DNA of 64,000 nt, taken from a virus. Lineage: Duplodnaviria; Caudoviricetes. The stretch is from positions 119,631-183,630 of the IMG/VR virus record IMGVR_UViG_3300028591_000090; one strand, 5' to 3'. Shown here in pieces: positions 18,701-28,458 of the stretch. Every line of letters starts with the position of its first letter. The stretch's first letter is position 1. A model generated the notes under the pieces. The model did no database searches. It was given only the letters and a program-made list of their open reading frames with translations, and was not told the DNA's origin. Position numbers and translations under genes: made by a program.

Positions 18701-21700
18701 ATTATCATCTCCAAATAAGAAATTTGATTCTGAACTAGTATAATTAGTTGATTGTAAACTTATTGCTTGATTTCCATAACCAAACATATATAATCTTTCT
18801 CCACCAGATGTATAAGATGAATTACAATCACCAAATATTATCTGCATTCTACCATTATCAACATTATTACCAGTACCACTAATAAATCCGTATGAAGTTC
18901 CGTAAATATTATTTGCTGTTCCAAATACTGTTGTTAAGTAAACACTATTACTTGGATTTCCAACATAGTTTGTAGTACCAAATATATTTGAATATGATAC
19001 ATTTTCAATATAATGGTTTACACCCATTATTGAACTGAATGAAATATTCTTAATATAGTCTCCACTACCAGCATAACCATCACCCCATATAAATGAATAT
19101 GCAGAACTATCTATTTCCAATCCAACACCAAAAACAGATAAATTATGACATGAACCAGTAATCGTATTTTTTGTACCAAAAACAAATTGATAATTTCCAC
19201 TTGTATTTAAAGTATTTTCAATACCAAATACATATTGTGCCTCATAATTTGTTGTATTTTTACATCCAACAACCAAAGAGTATTGACCACCTACATAGTT
19301 ATGGCTACCAAAAATAGTAGACATTTGTGACGTATTTGTGTTCTTACAACCATACACAACACCTAATTCACCATAATTGATATTATTTTGACCACTAACA
19401 TGACCCAAAAATGCAGTATTCCAGTTTCCTTGCCCCTCGATATGAGCAATATTACCATAATTAACATTGCTAACACCCTCTATATGTGATGCATATGCAG
19501 TACAAGCTTCAAGCAAGCACCATTCTTTAGTTACATCAATTTCTTTACTTAATTGTACAGTATAAAATGATCTTTGATTTTCACTTCTCCAATAAGGATG
19601 AGTTTCTATTTTTACAGCACTACCACTACCAGGATCTATAACACTTGTTCTTCCTATGGCAATATACATACCTTCCCTAATAAGATAATTATAAGAACTC
19701 ATTGTAATATCGCTATTAGAAGAATCATAAAATTCTATTTCATATACATTATTGTTTACATCATACTCTTTGAATTGTAATCTTAGACCACCAACACCTT
19801 CTATATGACTAAACGACGTATATATTGATTTATGACCAACACCTTCAATATGTAAATTTCTTGTAGAACCAATAATATAATTATCTTCACCCTCAACAAA
19901 CGTACTTCTTGTTGTTCCACTAAGATAATTACAAGCACCAAGTACAACAGAATTATGAGTATTTTCACCTATATGATTCCCATAACCAGCAATTATTGCT
20001 GAACGATATGAACCATTAGTAATTATATTGTTTATACCAGATAAAATAATATTATTTTGGCTACCATTATTAATTGTATTGTAACAACCGTTAATAATTG
20101 TAGAATAACAAACACCATCTGTTATATTATTAGTACACCCATTAATTATCGTAGCAGTTCCAGCATTTTTAATTTTATTACTAATACCACCTACAATTGT
20201 ATTATATCCTATATCTGTACCACCCCAAGTTTTTTTCCATTCAGACAAATCTATTTCGTTTGAACATCCTGTTAATATACTATTAAATTGAGAATAATAA
20301 GAACTATTATTTAAATCTTCTTCTTTATAATAATATCCTTTAATTCTTGAAGAAGATGAATTTAATATATTAGAATACATTGTTTCGCCAGAAACATCAC
20401 AATATGATGATGTAACAATTGCATTAAATTGAAAATGATTACCTGGATGAAGTGTATCTAGAGTATCACCAATACGAGATTGTGTTGTAGAAATTAATGT
20501 AGAATAATTACATTTTTGATAAATGTCAATAAAATTAGATGTTAATACCGTCGACCAATCACTCTCATTTGTAGCAATAGCAAATCCGTTTATAAAATTA
20601 TAACTACCATTTATTTTGTTTCTATAGTTTCCATTATCAATCCAACCAGATGCAAATATAACATTATGTCCTACCGTACTACCATTTAAAGGTTCGATTT
20701 TATTATAATCACCAAAAATAAAATTTGAAGCATCATAATTCGTTGGATAATTACCTCTAATAATATTACTATTACCACTTATAAAATTTAATGTAGATGT
20801 TTGAATTTCACTAGAAAAAGCATTTATCATAATAGAATCACATGCAGCATTTGTAATTTGATTTGTAGCACCACCAAAAATCAAACTTCTATGTGAACCA
20901 TTAGTTATTAAATTATGATTACCTAAAAATATTCCACTTATATCTACGCCATTATTAATTCTATTCCAATTACCATATATTATTACTGCGTTTGTTGCAC
21001 CTGAATCTATTTTATGATTACTTCCTCCTAATATTGTATTAAATTGTCCAGCACTATCTGTAATATTACTACTATCAGAAGAAATTATAGAATGAAAATT
21101 ATTGTTATTAGACAAATTCTTTATATTACAACGATTAGAACCCAATATTAAATTAAAGTGATGACTGCCACTATCTATATTTGATGAAGCAGATACAATG
21201 ATACTAGAAAACCTTACTGCTGCTTCTATATTAGAATTTACTGAATTAAATACATTTGAATATTCACAACTACCACTTATAACGATATTTGAAGATCCTA
21301 AAATATTAGAAAATTGAACACCATCTTTTATTTGACTTGAATAAGTATTTAATACACTATTAAAACCACCGGTAGATGTTATCTTTATAGTATTACCATG
21401 AAAAAAACCATTATGACCATATACAGTATTTCTATTTCTACTGTCTGCTGTCAAAAGAGAAAATGTTCCATCTCCATTTGGATAAAAATCAGTATGTCCA
21501 CTAATGAAAAGGTTATATGCATTTCTACCACTACAATAAACATTATTATTAGAACCAGCAAGAATACTAGATTGTATTTCTCCATATACTGTATTACTTA
21601 TACCAGATATTATATTATTATTAGAAGAATATGTTGTTGTATAACCTTGCTGTGATACAGTAGATTTATATGTTTTATTATATGTACCAAAAACAAAATT

Positions 21701-22495
21701 AACATAACCATTTATCTCATTTCCAATACCATGAACTGCACTACTATACGAATCAACGGTATTTTGTTGACCTGTTACAGTTGTTGCTATTGCACTACCT
21801 TTAATTTCATTATTAATACCTTCTACATGAGATGCGTATGCTCCCTCACTTATCTTATTATTTATACCCTCTGCATGAGAATATTGTGTTCCACCACTTA
21901 TTGTATTACCATGTCCCTCTGCGTGTGAACCATATGCTCCATCTTCAATTGTATTCAAAAAACCTTCTGCGTGTGAACCATATGCTCCATCAACTATCTG
22001 ATTTCCACCACCTTCAACGTGTGATTCGTGACAATCTCCACTATCATCAGCATTTCCAATTGTGTTTCTTGCTCCCTCTGCAAAAGATTCTGGTGCTGTT
22101 GCATTTATTGTATTCAAATAACCAACATTTACAGAACGTCTTGCTTCTGTATAAGAGCCAAATTCTTTAGCATTTATAGAACTTACCCCTTCTCCTCTTT
22201 CAAAAAGTTCTTCTTTTTGAACAGGACCTATATTTTCAAACTTGACAGGATTATCTTCTAAACAAACATATTCATCAAATTCTGCACTTCCTTCTAAACC
22301 AACAAGATAAGTATCTCCGATTTTAACATTTTCTGTAGGCAAATCATCAACAGTATCAACCCTACCTGATATTTGCATAGGATTCGTTATATTGTCAAGT
22401 TTTATTTTGTATTCATCAGTAAAAACATTAGAAGAGATAAGTTTTGGCTTACCATTTTCTATTATATTAGTTAAAGCAGATTGTTTCTTTGCCAT
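15752..22495 (-). CDS. Giant (2247 aa) tail fibre/adhesin with beta-roll repeats
   Basis: SHAEG/SHVEG/HIEG repeats, long runs of S-x-I-x-G-x-x-N-x-I units, N-terminal GRVDTVDDLP module, C-terminal QDNIGNRDL domain. Confidence 0.75.
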   Translation of the reverse strand: MAKKQSALTNIIENGKPKLISSNVFTDEYKIKLDNITNPMQISGRVDTVDDLPTENVKIGDTYLVGLEGSAEFDEYVCLEDNPVKFENIGPVQKEELFERGEGVSSINAKEFGSYTEARRSVNVGYLNTINATAPESFAEGARNTIGNADDSGDCHESHVEGGGNQIVDGAYGSHAEGFLNTIEDGAYGSHAEGHGNTISGGTQYSHAEGINNKISEGAYASHVEGINNEIKGSAIATTVTGQQNTVDSYSSAVHGIGNEINGYVNFVFGTYNKTYKSTVSQQGYTTTYSSNNNIISGISNTVYGEIQSSILAGSNNNVYCSGRNAYNLFISGHTDFYPNGDGTFSLLTADSRNRNTVYGHNGFFHGNTIKITSTGGFNSVLNTYSSQIKDGVQFSNILGSSNIVISGSCEYSNVFNSVNSNIEAAVRFSSIIVSASSNIDSGSHHFNLILGSNRCNIKNLSNNNNFHSIISSDSSNITDSAGQFNTILGGSNHKIDSGATNAVIIYGNWNRINNGVDISGIFLGNHNLITNGSHRSLIFGGATNQITNAACDSIMINAFSSEIQTSTLNFISGNSNIIRGNYPTNYDASNFIFGDYNKIEPLNGSTVGHNVIFASGWIDNGNYRNKINGSYNFINGFAIATNESDWSTVLTSNFIDIYQKCNYSTLISTTQSRIGDTLDTLHPGNHFQFNAIVTSSYCDVSGETMYSNILNSSSSRIKGYYYKEEDLNNSSYYSQFNSILTGCSNEIDLSEWKKTWGGTDIGYNTIVGGISNKIKNAGTATIINGCTNNITDGVCYSTIINGCYNTINNGSQNNIILSGINNIITNGSYRSAIIAGYGNHIGENTHNSVVLGACNYLSGTTRSTFVEGEDNYIIGSTRNLHIEGVGHKSIYTSFSHIEGVGGLRLQFKEYDVNNNVYEIEFYDSSNSDITMSSYNYLIREGMYIAIGRTSVIDPGSGSAVKIETHPYWRSENQRSFYTVQLSKEIDVTKEWCLLEACTAYASHIEGVSNVNYGNIAHIEGQGNWNTAFLGHVSGQNNINYGELGVVYGCKNTNTSQMSTIFGSHNYVGGQYSLVVGCKNTTNYEAQYVFGIENTLNTSGNYQFVFGTKNTITGSCHNLSVFGVGLEIDSSAYSFIWGDGYAGSGDYIKNISFSSIMGVNHYIENVSYSNIFGTTNYVGNPSNSVYLTTVFGTANNIYGTSYGFISGTGNNVDNGRMQIIFGDCNSSYTSGGERLYMFGYGNQAISLQSTNYTSSESNFLFGDDNKIISASIDNTFLFGKKNSVEPIGNSTSAQSTCSMLTGYKNKAQNISCSFVEGSENTINSASNSIITGSFNEVGSSISSIISSNYFKTDNTINGGLVLLTYGGDNNFPYITSSALLGCYYMFTATTTGIENSLLNCYNPTIEYAYSTISVGSNHRITSHSSVIVGQSYNNQASNFNNTILNCSIVVGSEHELNQTFDSNNRQWFGGIAIFGINNKLNYTKPTYYPNNGTLIAGSLNRVYNSPETYVLGNSCKVYNANHSLITGYGHTLSNIDDPLGQISQSVVSGAGNKINNVTSSVVTGIELYANKFVGSFVTGSSDVYRQPEDTYRVYGEIVYSFAALNYIKFKEGSQTSNSIYKSILNIGNSTISYGSNYSVVVGYNLNIQYTSSSLIVSSNSKVRGSGNAIVGYDMNSRATDWEHTDLRGCAMFGHNNLLENTNESSYYMSNNLICGENNTMRDTGNDFSNGASLVSGSNNVVYNTQSSFVSGTLNKINNFAGSSILSGNNNTTNNLYSSLVIGQTNTITTSVSGSVLSGNNNTIDSASQALFSGSNNTINSIIQSVVNGYNNNITSITGACLIGYNFGKIDENEDISILTSIIVGTDFRFSGWNNLSTISGYGHTIENVTGAAIFGCVNKSLDGSSRFIMSGEENILNNSRSISMSGIGNRSINVTASSIEGLGVSFELNISENQGGYYIVPVGLHEHGLFIQDIAFITDDPDNIDLGFNGNESNIIKITGYDSLTETYTTNKPIDLTKTWYVLSYNSGIGIHTEGITNSTSGNASHTEGKSNITFGNCSYTSGCGNINNADYSYVFSLNSLNRGNNSAIISGCGNTNTFDNVVMINCNNKVAEKSDVTYIRNIDTNEIITDKKYTNVIVSNDDNIAPTLEELTEMLIVNLTSNMTVVTLPTMPNNKSITINVKVIQDNIGNRDLMFESEDFAPVNNPDNVDFTIGNSLERCMVTLIWDSEEWWLSSTKYVQAQGTPF
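21920..21991. repeat. Intragenic direct repeat (tgcgtgtgaaccatatgctccatc x2, encoding DGAYGSHA)
   Basis: Two identical 24-mers 48 bp apart in the fibre gene. Confidence 0.7.
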
Positions 22496-22522
22496 AGTTA
22501 AATACTCGTTTTTTATTATTTA

Positions 22523-24598
22523 TTATATTTGATCCCTCAATATCACAGGCTCATATATGTGAATATAAAGTTTATCAGAATCTACAATTGAAGCAACATT
22601 TTGCAAAACACGATTTGTATCTGCGTCAAAAATAGAACTATATCCACCATCTTCTTGTAAATAAACATAATCGCCTACATCTCCATTAACAGACGGAACT
22701 TCCAATACACCACTTAAATATACAGTTACATTTTCTCCCTCTGCAACACTATCCAATATAAATCCATCTGCCTCATTATCTGTTTGTGTTGAATCGGCTT
22801 TATATACTTTTCTATCATTTACAATATGAACAAAAGAATTGGCAGTAAGATTTTCTCCTGCAACCAATTCAACGGTAACACTTCCACCACCAGGTGTTGG
22901 TGTAGGACTTGGTGATACTCCACCACTATCTCCATCGTTTACAAGATAATCAAATGTTATAACATCATCTTCGTCAAGAATAAACCCAGCATTTTGTGTA
23001 TTCCAAACAAGTTCGTCACCTTGTTCTATATTTTCAAATGTTTTTGCAGTATTTACTTTATTGAAATAGCAGTCTTTTGTTTTCCCAACAACAACAGATA
23101 CTCCATTAACTTTTACAACAAAATCACTTTTCTTTCTTGGTTCTTCACTAACAATAATACCAGTTAAGAACGGAACATTTGGATTTCGTCTCATATTGTT
23201 TGCGATAGAACTTGATATATGTCTTTCATTATCTGCATAAGATAAACGAACAGATGTTGATTTAACAATATCATTAACAGTTTTGCCAATATAAGCATAC
23301 AGAGAAACTTTTGTTGGCGTTATATCTTCTGGTAATTCTTTTGTGAAATAAATTACACCAGAAGCATATTGTAAAGAATAATATTTAGGTTCTATTTCAA
23401 CACCATTTTGGTCATAAACTTTTATACGATAATTTTCACCATAATACGGACTTACAACATTTGTTATATATTGTTTTTGACCTGAAACTCTTTTGTATGC
23501 CTTATAAGAAGAATCTTTATCTTTTTGTATTAATTCAAGAGAGCCATTACTTATATACTCAACAACACCATCTTCGATAGCAATACTTGGTTCTGCATTT
23601 ATATAACCAACCAAAACGTGACTACCGTCTAATACAATACCACCACCAATTGCTTCATCGTATTCTTCTGTATAATTAGATGTGCTTGCAACACCCATAA
23701 TGTTTTTGTATGCAATTAGATTTTTACCATACAAATATTCTATTTCTTTATTAAATCTATCAACAGCAGTACCTATTGTTGTTTTTTCTGTAAAATCGGT
23801 ATTGAATCCATCATTATATCCGTCTTTATTTTCGCTTTCACCGATACCCAATGTAGATTCTACTTTCCAATTATTTTCTTCGGAATTATATACATAAGTT
23901 GTTCCAGTCTCCTCGTCAACAATATATGTACCGTCGTCTGGTGTTATAAACTCATATCCTTGTGTCAAGAAATTATATTGTGCTATTTGTCCATTATGCT
24001 CACCATCTGTTATAACATATCTACCATATCTTTCTGCTGGGTTTGGCAAATCATCTTCTGTAACAAACTTTAATACTGCTCCATTCCAATTAACTACTTC
24101 GGAAATAGAAGGCGTACCACCTCCACCACGACCAGTTAAAGATAACCAACCAAGATTTTGGATATATCCATATAAATCAATCTCTGGATGGTCTGAATTT
24201 CGACCATAAACAACATCGCCTGGATTACCAAATTTAGGGAATCCTTCATAATATACGTGTCTATGTATCAAAGCAGAATTAACTGTTCCTGCATAAATAT
24301 TTTTAGCAAATAATTTACCGTTTGAATCAACAGTAAACATATCAGTATCATTAATAGTAAGTTCTATTTTAGAATTTAATTTTACTACATTAGCAGTAAC
24401 ACTACCCAAAGAAATGCTTCCCAAATTTTTTAGATTTTCGTCATCATCTCTATCAAATTCTTCAAAACCAATCTGATAAGCCAAAAATTCATACAATGCT
24501 TCTGAAATTTTTTCAAAGTTATTATTCGATAACTCTGTAATTCCAGTTGTTGAATTTGCACTTATATTCGCTAAACTATTTATGTTGTTTATTATCAT
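22523..24598 (-). CDS. Multi-domain virion protein (DUF2793-like module; C-terminal cement/decoration-like domain)
   Basis: DLPNPAERYGRYVIT...GQIAQY...TYVYN module, SPSPTPTP linker, ELVAGENL...VYKAD...GFIL...VTVYLSG domain. Confidence 0.5.
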   Translation of the reverse strand: MIINNINSLANISANSTTGITELSNNNFEKISEALYEFLAYQIGFEEFDRDDDENLKNLGSISLGSVTANVVKLNSKIELTINDTDMFTVDSNGKLFAKNIYAGTVNSALIHRHVYYEGFPKFGNPGDVVYGRNSDHPEIDLYGYIQNLGWLSLTGRGGGGTPSISEVVNWNGAVLKFVTEDDLPNPAERYGRYVITDGEHNGQIAQYNFLTQGYEFITPDDGTYIVDEETGTTYVYNSEENNWKVESTLGIGESENKDGYNDGFNTDFTEKTTIGTAVDRFNKEIEYLYGKNLIAYKNIMGVASTSNYTEEYDEAIGGGIVLDGSHVLVGYINAEPSIAIEDGVVEYISNGSLELIQKDKDSSYKAYKRVSGQKQYITNVVSPYYGENYRIKVYDQNGVEIEPKYYSLQYASGVIYFTKELPEDITPTKVSLYAYIGKTVNDIVKSTSVRLSYADNERHISSSIANNMRRNPNVPFLTGIIVSEEPRKKSDFVVKVNGVSVVVGKTKDCYFNKVNTAKTFENIEQGDELVWNTQNAGFILDEDDVITFDYLVNDGDSGGVSPSPTPTPGGGSVTVELVAGENLTANSFVHIVNDRKVYKADSTQTDNEADGFILDSVAEGENVTVYLSGVLEVPSVNGDVGDYVYLQEDGGYSSIFDADTNRVLQNVASIVDSDKLYIHIYEPVILRDQI

Positions 24599-24603
24599 CT
24601 CGC

Positions 24604-25893
24604 TTAATTATTTAACGTCTCACTCTTTTCATCTATATAAGATACTAAATTAACTGGTCCTTTTACTATCGACTTTCTAATATCTGCTTCAATAAGTTTA
24701 TCGTCTGGATTACATACAAAGCAACCCTCTATCGTATTACCAGTTCCGTGAAAATATGTATTGTATACCTCACAATTCTTTAATGAATTACAATGAAATA
24801 ATTCACTATTTTTAATAACAGAACTACTTATTTCACATTCGTAAAACTTACAGTTTTCAAAATTACCGTTTATATGTGAATAAAAGAACTCAATATCAGA
24901 AATATTATTACCATTTGTTATAACAGCGTCTCTAACTTGGAACATATTTCTTTCCGGGTCATAGTTTACGCTTCCACTATCAAATCCACAATAACTAATC
25001 AAATCAAATAACTTATCTTTAATAATATTGTAATAAGTTTTGATAACATCATCTTCTGATTTTAGGTCTGCCAACACTTCTATCTTCGGATAATTTAATC
25101 TCAAAGCGTCAATAGTTCCGATAGTATTCATTATTTTCTTTTGTAGTCCCAAAACTCTTTTAATTTTAGCCATTTCATCGTCAGTATAACTAAAATTATT
25201 CTTTAATACATTAACAACAACACTCAATAGTTTAACCAAATACTTATTAAATGTCTTTTTTGCCTTTTGATAGTCTTTATGAAGAGCATATTGAACTGTT
25301 ACAATGTTTGATTGAATATCTTTTGAATATAAATTAAAATTTTTATTATTTGGATAACCAAAATTCTTATCATTCAATAGTTGATTCATTCCACCGTCGG
25401 TTAAAACAGCAACTTTTGGATAAATGTACAGCAAAGAATTGATATACATTCTTTCATGTTGGTTTTTATACATTTTTTGAGATTGAGACATATTATCTAT
25501 TGAACTAATCAATTTTAATAGATTTATATCACTAATTTTAGGCAATTTTAGGTCATTATTGCCAATCTTTAGAGATACAATTGCTTTACATTTTGCATTT
25601 GTAAATCCGTATGTATCAATAATATCAAAAACCTTAAACGCAACATTTATTGCCTCAAAATATGGTAAAAAACCAATCTGTATTTGAGACATTTTACTAC
25701 CACCTATATCATTTCTGCAAATGTTTATACCAGTTTGTTTCGGCTTAACGTATTTATCACAATACGTAACTCTCTGATTAGTACCTTTAATAATATATTC
25801 AGCGATTTTCTTTCTGTTTATCTCCGAAAAAAAATCGAAACAAAAGGCAAACTGTGTACAACCCATTAACGCAATAGACTCTTCCTTCGTCAT
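24604..25893 (-). CDS. Hypothetical late protein; possible degenerate amidoligase fold with a C-terminal beta-helix
   Basis: ATG 25893 fits the late-promoter spacing better than GTG 25917. C-terminal pentapeptide-like repeats (FENCKFYECEISSSVIKNSEL). Confidence 0.4.
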   Translation of the reverse strand: MTKEESIALMGCTQFAFCFDFFSEINRKKIAEYIIKGTNQRVTYCDKYVKPKQTGINICRNDIGGSKMSQIQIGFLPYFEAINVAFKVFDIIDTYGFTNAKCKAIVSLKIGNNDLKLPKISDINLLKLISSIDNMSQSQKMYKNQHERMYINSLLYIYPKVAVLTDGGMNQLLNDKNFGYPNNKNFNLYSKDIQSNIVTVQYALHKDYQKAKKTFNKYLVKLLSVVVNVLKNNFSYTDDEMAKIKRVLGLQKKIMNTIGTIDALRLNYPKIEVLADLKSEDDVIKTYYNIIKDKLFDLISYCGFDSGSVNYDPERNMFQVRDAVITNGNNISDIEFFYSHINGNFENCKFYECEISSSVIKNSELFHCNSLKNCEVYNTYFHGTGNTIEGCFVCNPDDKLIEADIRKSIVKGPVNLVSYIDEKSETLNN

Positions 25894-25919
25894 TATTGTA
25901 AAATAATTATTATACACCT

Positions 25920-25939
25920 TTATTTATTAAAATAAATAA
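25920..25939. promoter_or_regulatory. Back-to-back divergent late promoters (TTATTTATT-AA-AATAAATAA)
   Basis: ATAAATA on both strands, 26-28 nt from each divergent ATG. Confidence 0.65.
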
Positions 25940-25963
25940 CGATAGAGTAAAAGTTTTCTACTT

Positions 25964-27619
25964 ATGGCATTTAATATTTTCAAACACGATAGAATAAGAG
26001 CAACAGAGATATTGCAAGATACAATAAATTTTGTTGTCGATAAATTTAAACAATCTAAAAAAGTTTTCACCGTATCATCTGTATATGGACAAATATTATA
26101 TGTATTGGAAAACCTTTCAAATTTTATCTTTTACTACATCGAAGATTCTACAACAGAATTTTCTATCAGAGAAGCATCTCGTGCTTCTTCTATTTATAGT
26201 ATTGCTTCTTTAGCAGGCTATAATCCCTCTCGTTCTATTGCCGCAAGTGGTCAAATTTGCCTAAAAAGAAAACAAACAATAGATGTTGATATAGCAGGAG
26301 ATATTATAAGCATACCGAATTATCTAAAAATTACGTGTAAAAACACTAATAAAGACTATATTTTAGACCTTGGTATGGACGATATGAGAATAGACACTAC
26401 AAGTACAGAACCAATATACATTAACATCCTACAAGGTAAAATGGAAACACAACAGTTGGCAAGTGGTACTGGTATGCCATTTGCTTCATACTCTATGCCG
26501 TTCAAAAAGAACTTTTTTGTAGATAATAAAATGGTTAAAGTATATGTAAACGATGAATTACAGCCTGCATATGATAATCTATTAAAGATTCCACAAGGTG
26601 AGCCTGGTTGTATGATTCGAACTGGTATCAACTCTGGTGTAGATATATTCTTTGGAAACGGATTCTTCGGTAAAATGCCACCTTTAGGTGCTGATGTCCG
26701 TGTTGAATATCTTGTAACCGACGGTTTTTCTGGAAATATGCACGTAGAAAACGCAGAAGATATAAATTGGGAATTTACAGAAACTGGATTTGATAATGCT
26801 GGTGTTGAAGTAGAACTAAATGATGTGTTTGATATTTCAACAACAATAGTTCCTAACTTTGGTTCAAATGCAGAACCAGGAAAACTAACAAGAATGTTGT
26901 TGTCAAAAGCAAACGATAGACTGATGATTGACGCTGATTACGAATTGTTATTTAGACGTATGCAAGCATTCTCAATAATTCGTGTTGGTAGAGATAAAGA
27001 TAATGATAGAATCTTTAATGTAATGTTAGTGCCTGATATTAAACGATACATTACTGGAAATATAAACTATTTTAATATTGACACAAATAGATTTATACTT
27101 TCTGCTTTACAAAAAAATGAAATTCTAAAATACATTAAAAGAATGGGTACAGAAACAATATCGACAGATATAAATTTCGTTGACCCTGTTATGAAAAAAT
27201 ATGTAATTAACGTAAGTTTGGTTATTTTCTCTGGTTATGACGAAAATGTAATAAAAAATACTATTGTATCTCGTATTAGTGATTACTTTATAAACTGTTC
27301 ACGACAAGATAGAATACCTCGAAGTGATTTGGTCAAAATCATTGAAGAAGTTGATGGTGTAGATTCTGTAAATGTTATATTCGTTTCAAAAGAAAATGAA
27401 GATTATCATATGAGCATTGGTTCAAATCCAAATATTCTTAAAGGACTTGATGAAATTAATGATATTATCATAGATAAACACGATTTAGTTGTAATCCGTG
27501 GTGGTTGGAGAGATAGAAACGGAAACTATTATGCAGAAAATTATCAAACTGACCAAACACTTGGTGCAATAAATATATATATAAAGGATATTAATCCTAA
27601 CGTACAACAAAAAAATTAA
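25964..27619 (+). CDS. Baseplate wedge subunit (T4 gp6-like)
   Basis: EASRASSIYSIASLAGYNPSRSIAA, DIFFGNGFFGKMPPLGADVRVEYLVTDGFSGN, IPRSDLVKIIEEVDGVDSV. Confidence 0.85.
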   Translation: MAFNIFKHDRIRATEILQDTINFVVDKFKQSKKVFTVSSVYGQILYVLENLSNFIFYYIEDSTTEFSIREASRASSIYSIASLAGYNPSRSIAASGQICLKRKQTIDVDIAGDIISIPNYLKITCKNTNKDYILDLGMDDMRIDTTSTEPIYINILQGKMETQQLASGTGMPFASYSMPFKKNFFVDNKMVKVYVNDELQPAYDNLLKIPQGEPGCMIRTGINSGVDIFFGNGFFGKMPPLGADVRVEYLVTDGFSGNMHVENAEDINWEFTETGFDNAGVEVELNDVFDISTTIVPNFGSNAEPGKLTRMLLSKANDRLMIDADYELLFRRMQAFSIIRVGRDKDNDRIFNVMLVPDIKRYITGNINYFNIDTNRFILSALQKNEILKYIKRMGTETISTDINFVDPVMKKYVINVSLVIFSGYDENVIKNTIVSRISDYFINCSRQDRIPRSDLVKIIEEVDGVDSVNVIFVSKENEDYHMSIGSNPNILKGLDEINDIIIDKHDLVVIRGGWRDRNGNYYAENYQTDQTLGAINIYIKDINPNVQQKN

Positions 27620-27624
27620 GTATA

Positions 27625-28458
27625 ATGGACTATATTTCAGATTTTTATACATATTTGACAGAAAATGCTAATGGTGCAAACAACAACCAAGACCTTCACG
27701 AATGGACAAAAGAAGAAGTTCAAATGGCAGGACAGCATCTTGGTATCAATTTGAGTAAATATGATTATAATGAGGTTATGCTCGGTATGAAAATCGAATC
27801 AAAACACGGTTCACAATATGGTAACGATGTCAATGTAACTGGAGACCAAGCAGAACCAACACTTAAACTTGTAATCGGAAATTTACGAAGCAATAATCAT
27901 TATTATTCGCAAATGCAACAACTTGAAAATCAGCAGAATAAACAACAAGTAATGGAGTCTGTATATGCTCTAAACGATTTCGGTAAATATATCGACGTTG
28001 TAAAAAAAAAATCTGAACCAATAGACGCTGTTGTAGCAGCAGGCGTTCTTCCTATCTGTAAAGAAACTGGTAGAATATTACTCGTTAAACGGTCGGACAA
28101 TTCATCTGAACCAGGAACTTGGGCTGGTATTGGTGGTAAAATAGAAGAAAAGAATGGTGAATCAGAAGAACGTGTTATTGATATTGTAAAAAGAGAATTC
28201 TTTGAAGAAACGGCTTGTAAAGAACATTATAGTTTAATTCCGTCATACGTTTATATTACAAAGAAAGGAAAATTCAAATATTATAACTTTATAGGTATCT
28301 TCGACGAAGAATTTATTCCAGAACTTAATGAAGAAAATTCAGATTATCAATGGATTTCGTTAGAAGATTTTAGAAATATTGACTCAAAAGATGTTCACTT
28401 CGGTATAAAACTTTTATTCTTACACGACCCGAATATAATAAAAAAATACGCAAAATAA
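27625..28458 (+). CDS. NUDIX hydrolase with an N-terminal DUF5661-like domain
   Basis: RILLVKRS...GTWAGIGGKIE...KREFFEETAC Nudix box; PELNEENSDYQWI. Confidence 0.8.
   Translation: MDYISDFYTYLTENANGANNNQDLHEWTKEEVQMAGQHLGINLSKYDYNEVMLGMKIESKHGSQYGNDVNVTGDQAEPTLKLVIGNLRSNNHYYSQMQQLENQQNKQQVMESVYALNDFGKYIDVVKKKSEPIDAVVAAGVLPICKETGRILLVKRSDNSSEPGTWAGIGGKIEEKNGESEERVIDIVKREFFEETACKEHYSLIPSYVYITKKGKFKYYNFIGIFDEEFIPELNEENSDYQWISLEDFRNIDSKDVHFGIKLLFLHDPNIIKKYAK

Noticed and set aside
6592-22495. Diversity-generating retroelement or invertible fibre shufflon
   Set aside because: I saw no reverse transcriptase or recombinase, no adenine-variant TR/VR pair and no inverted crossover sites.
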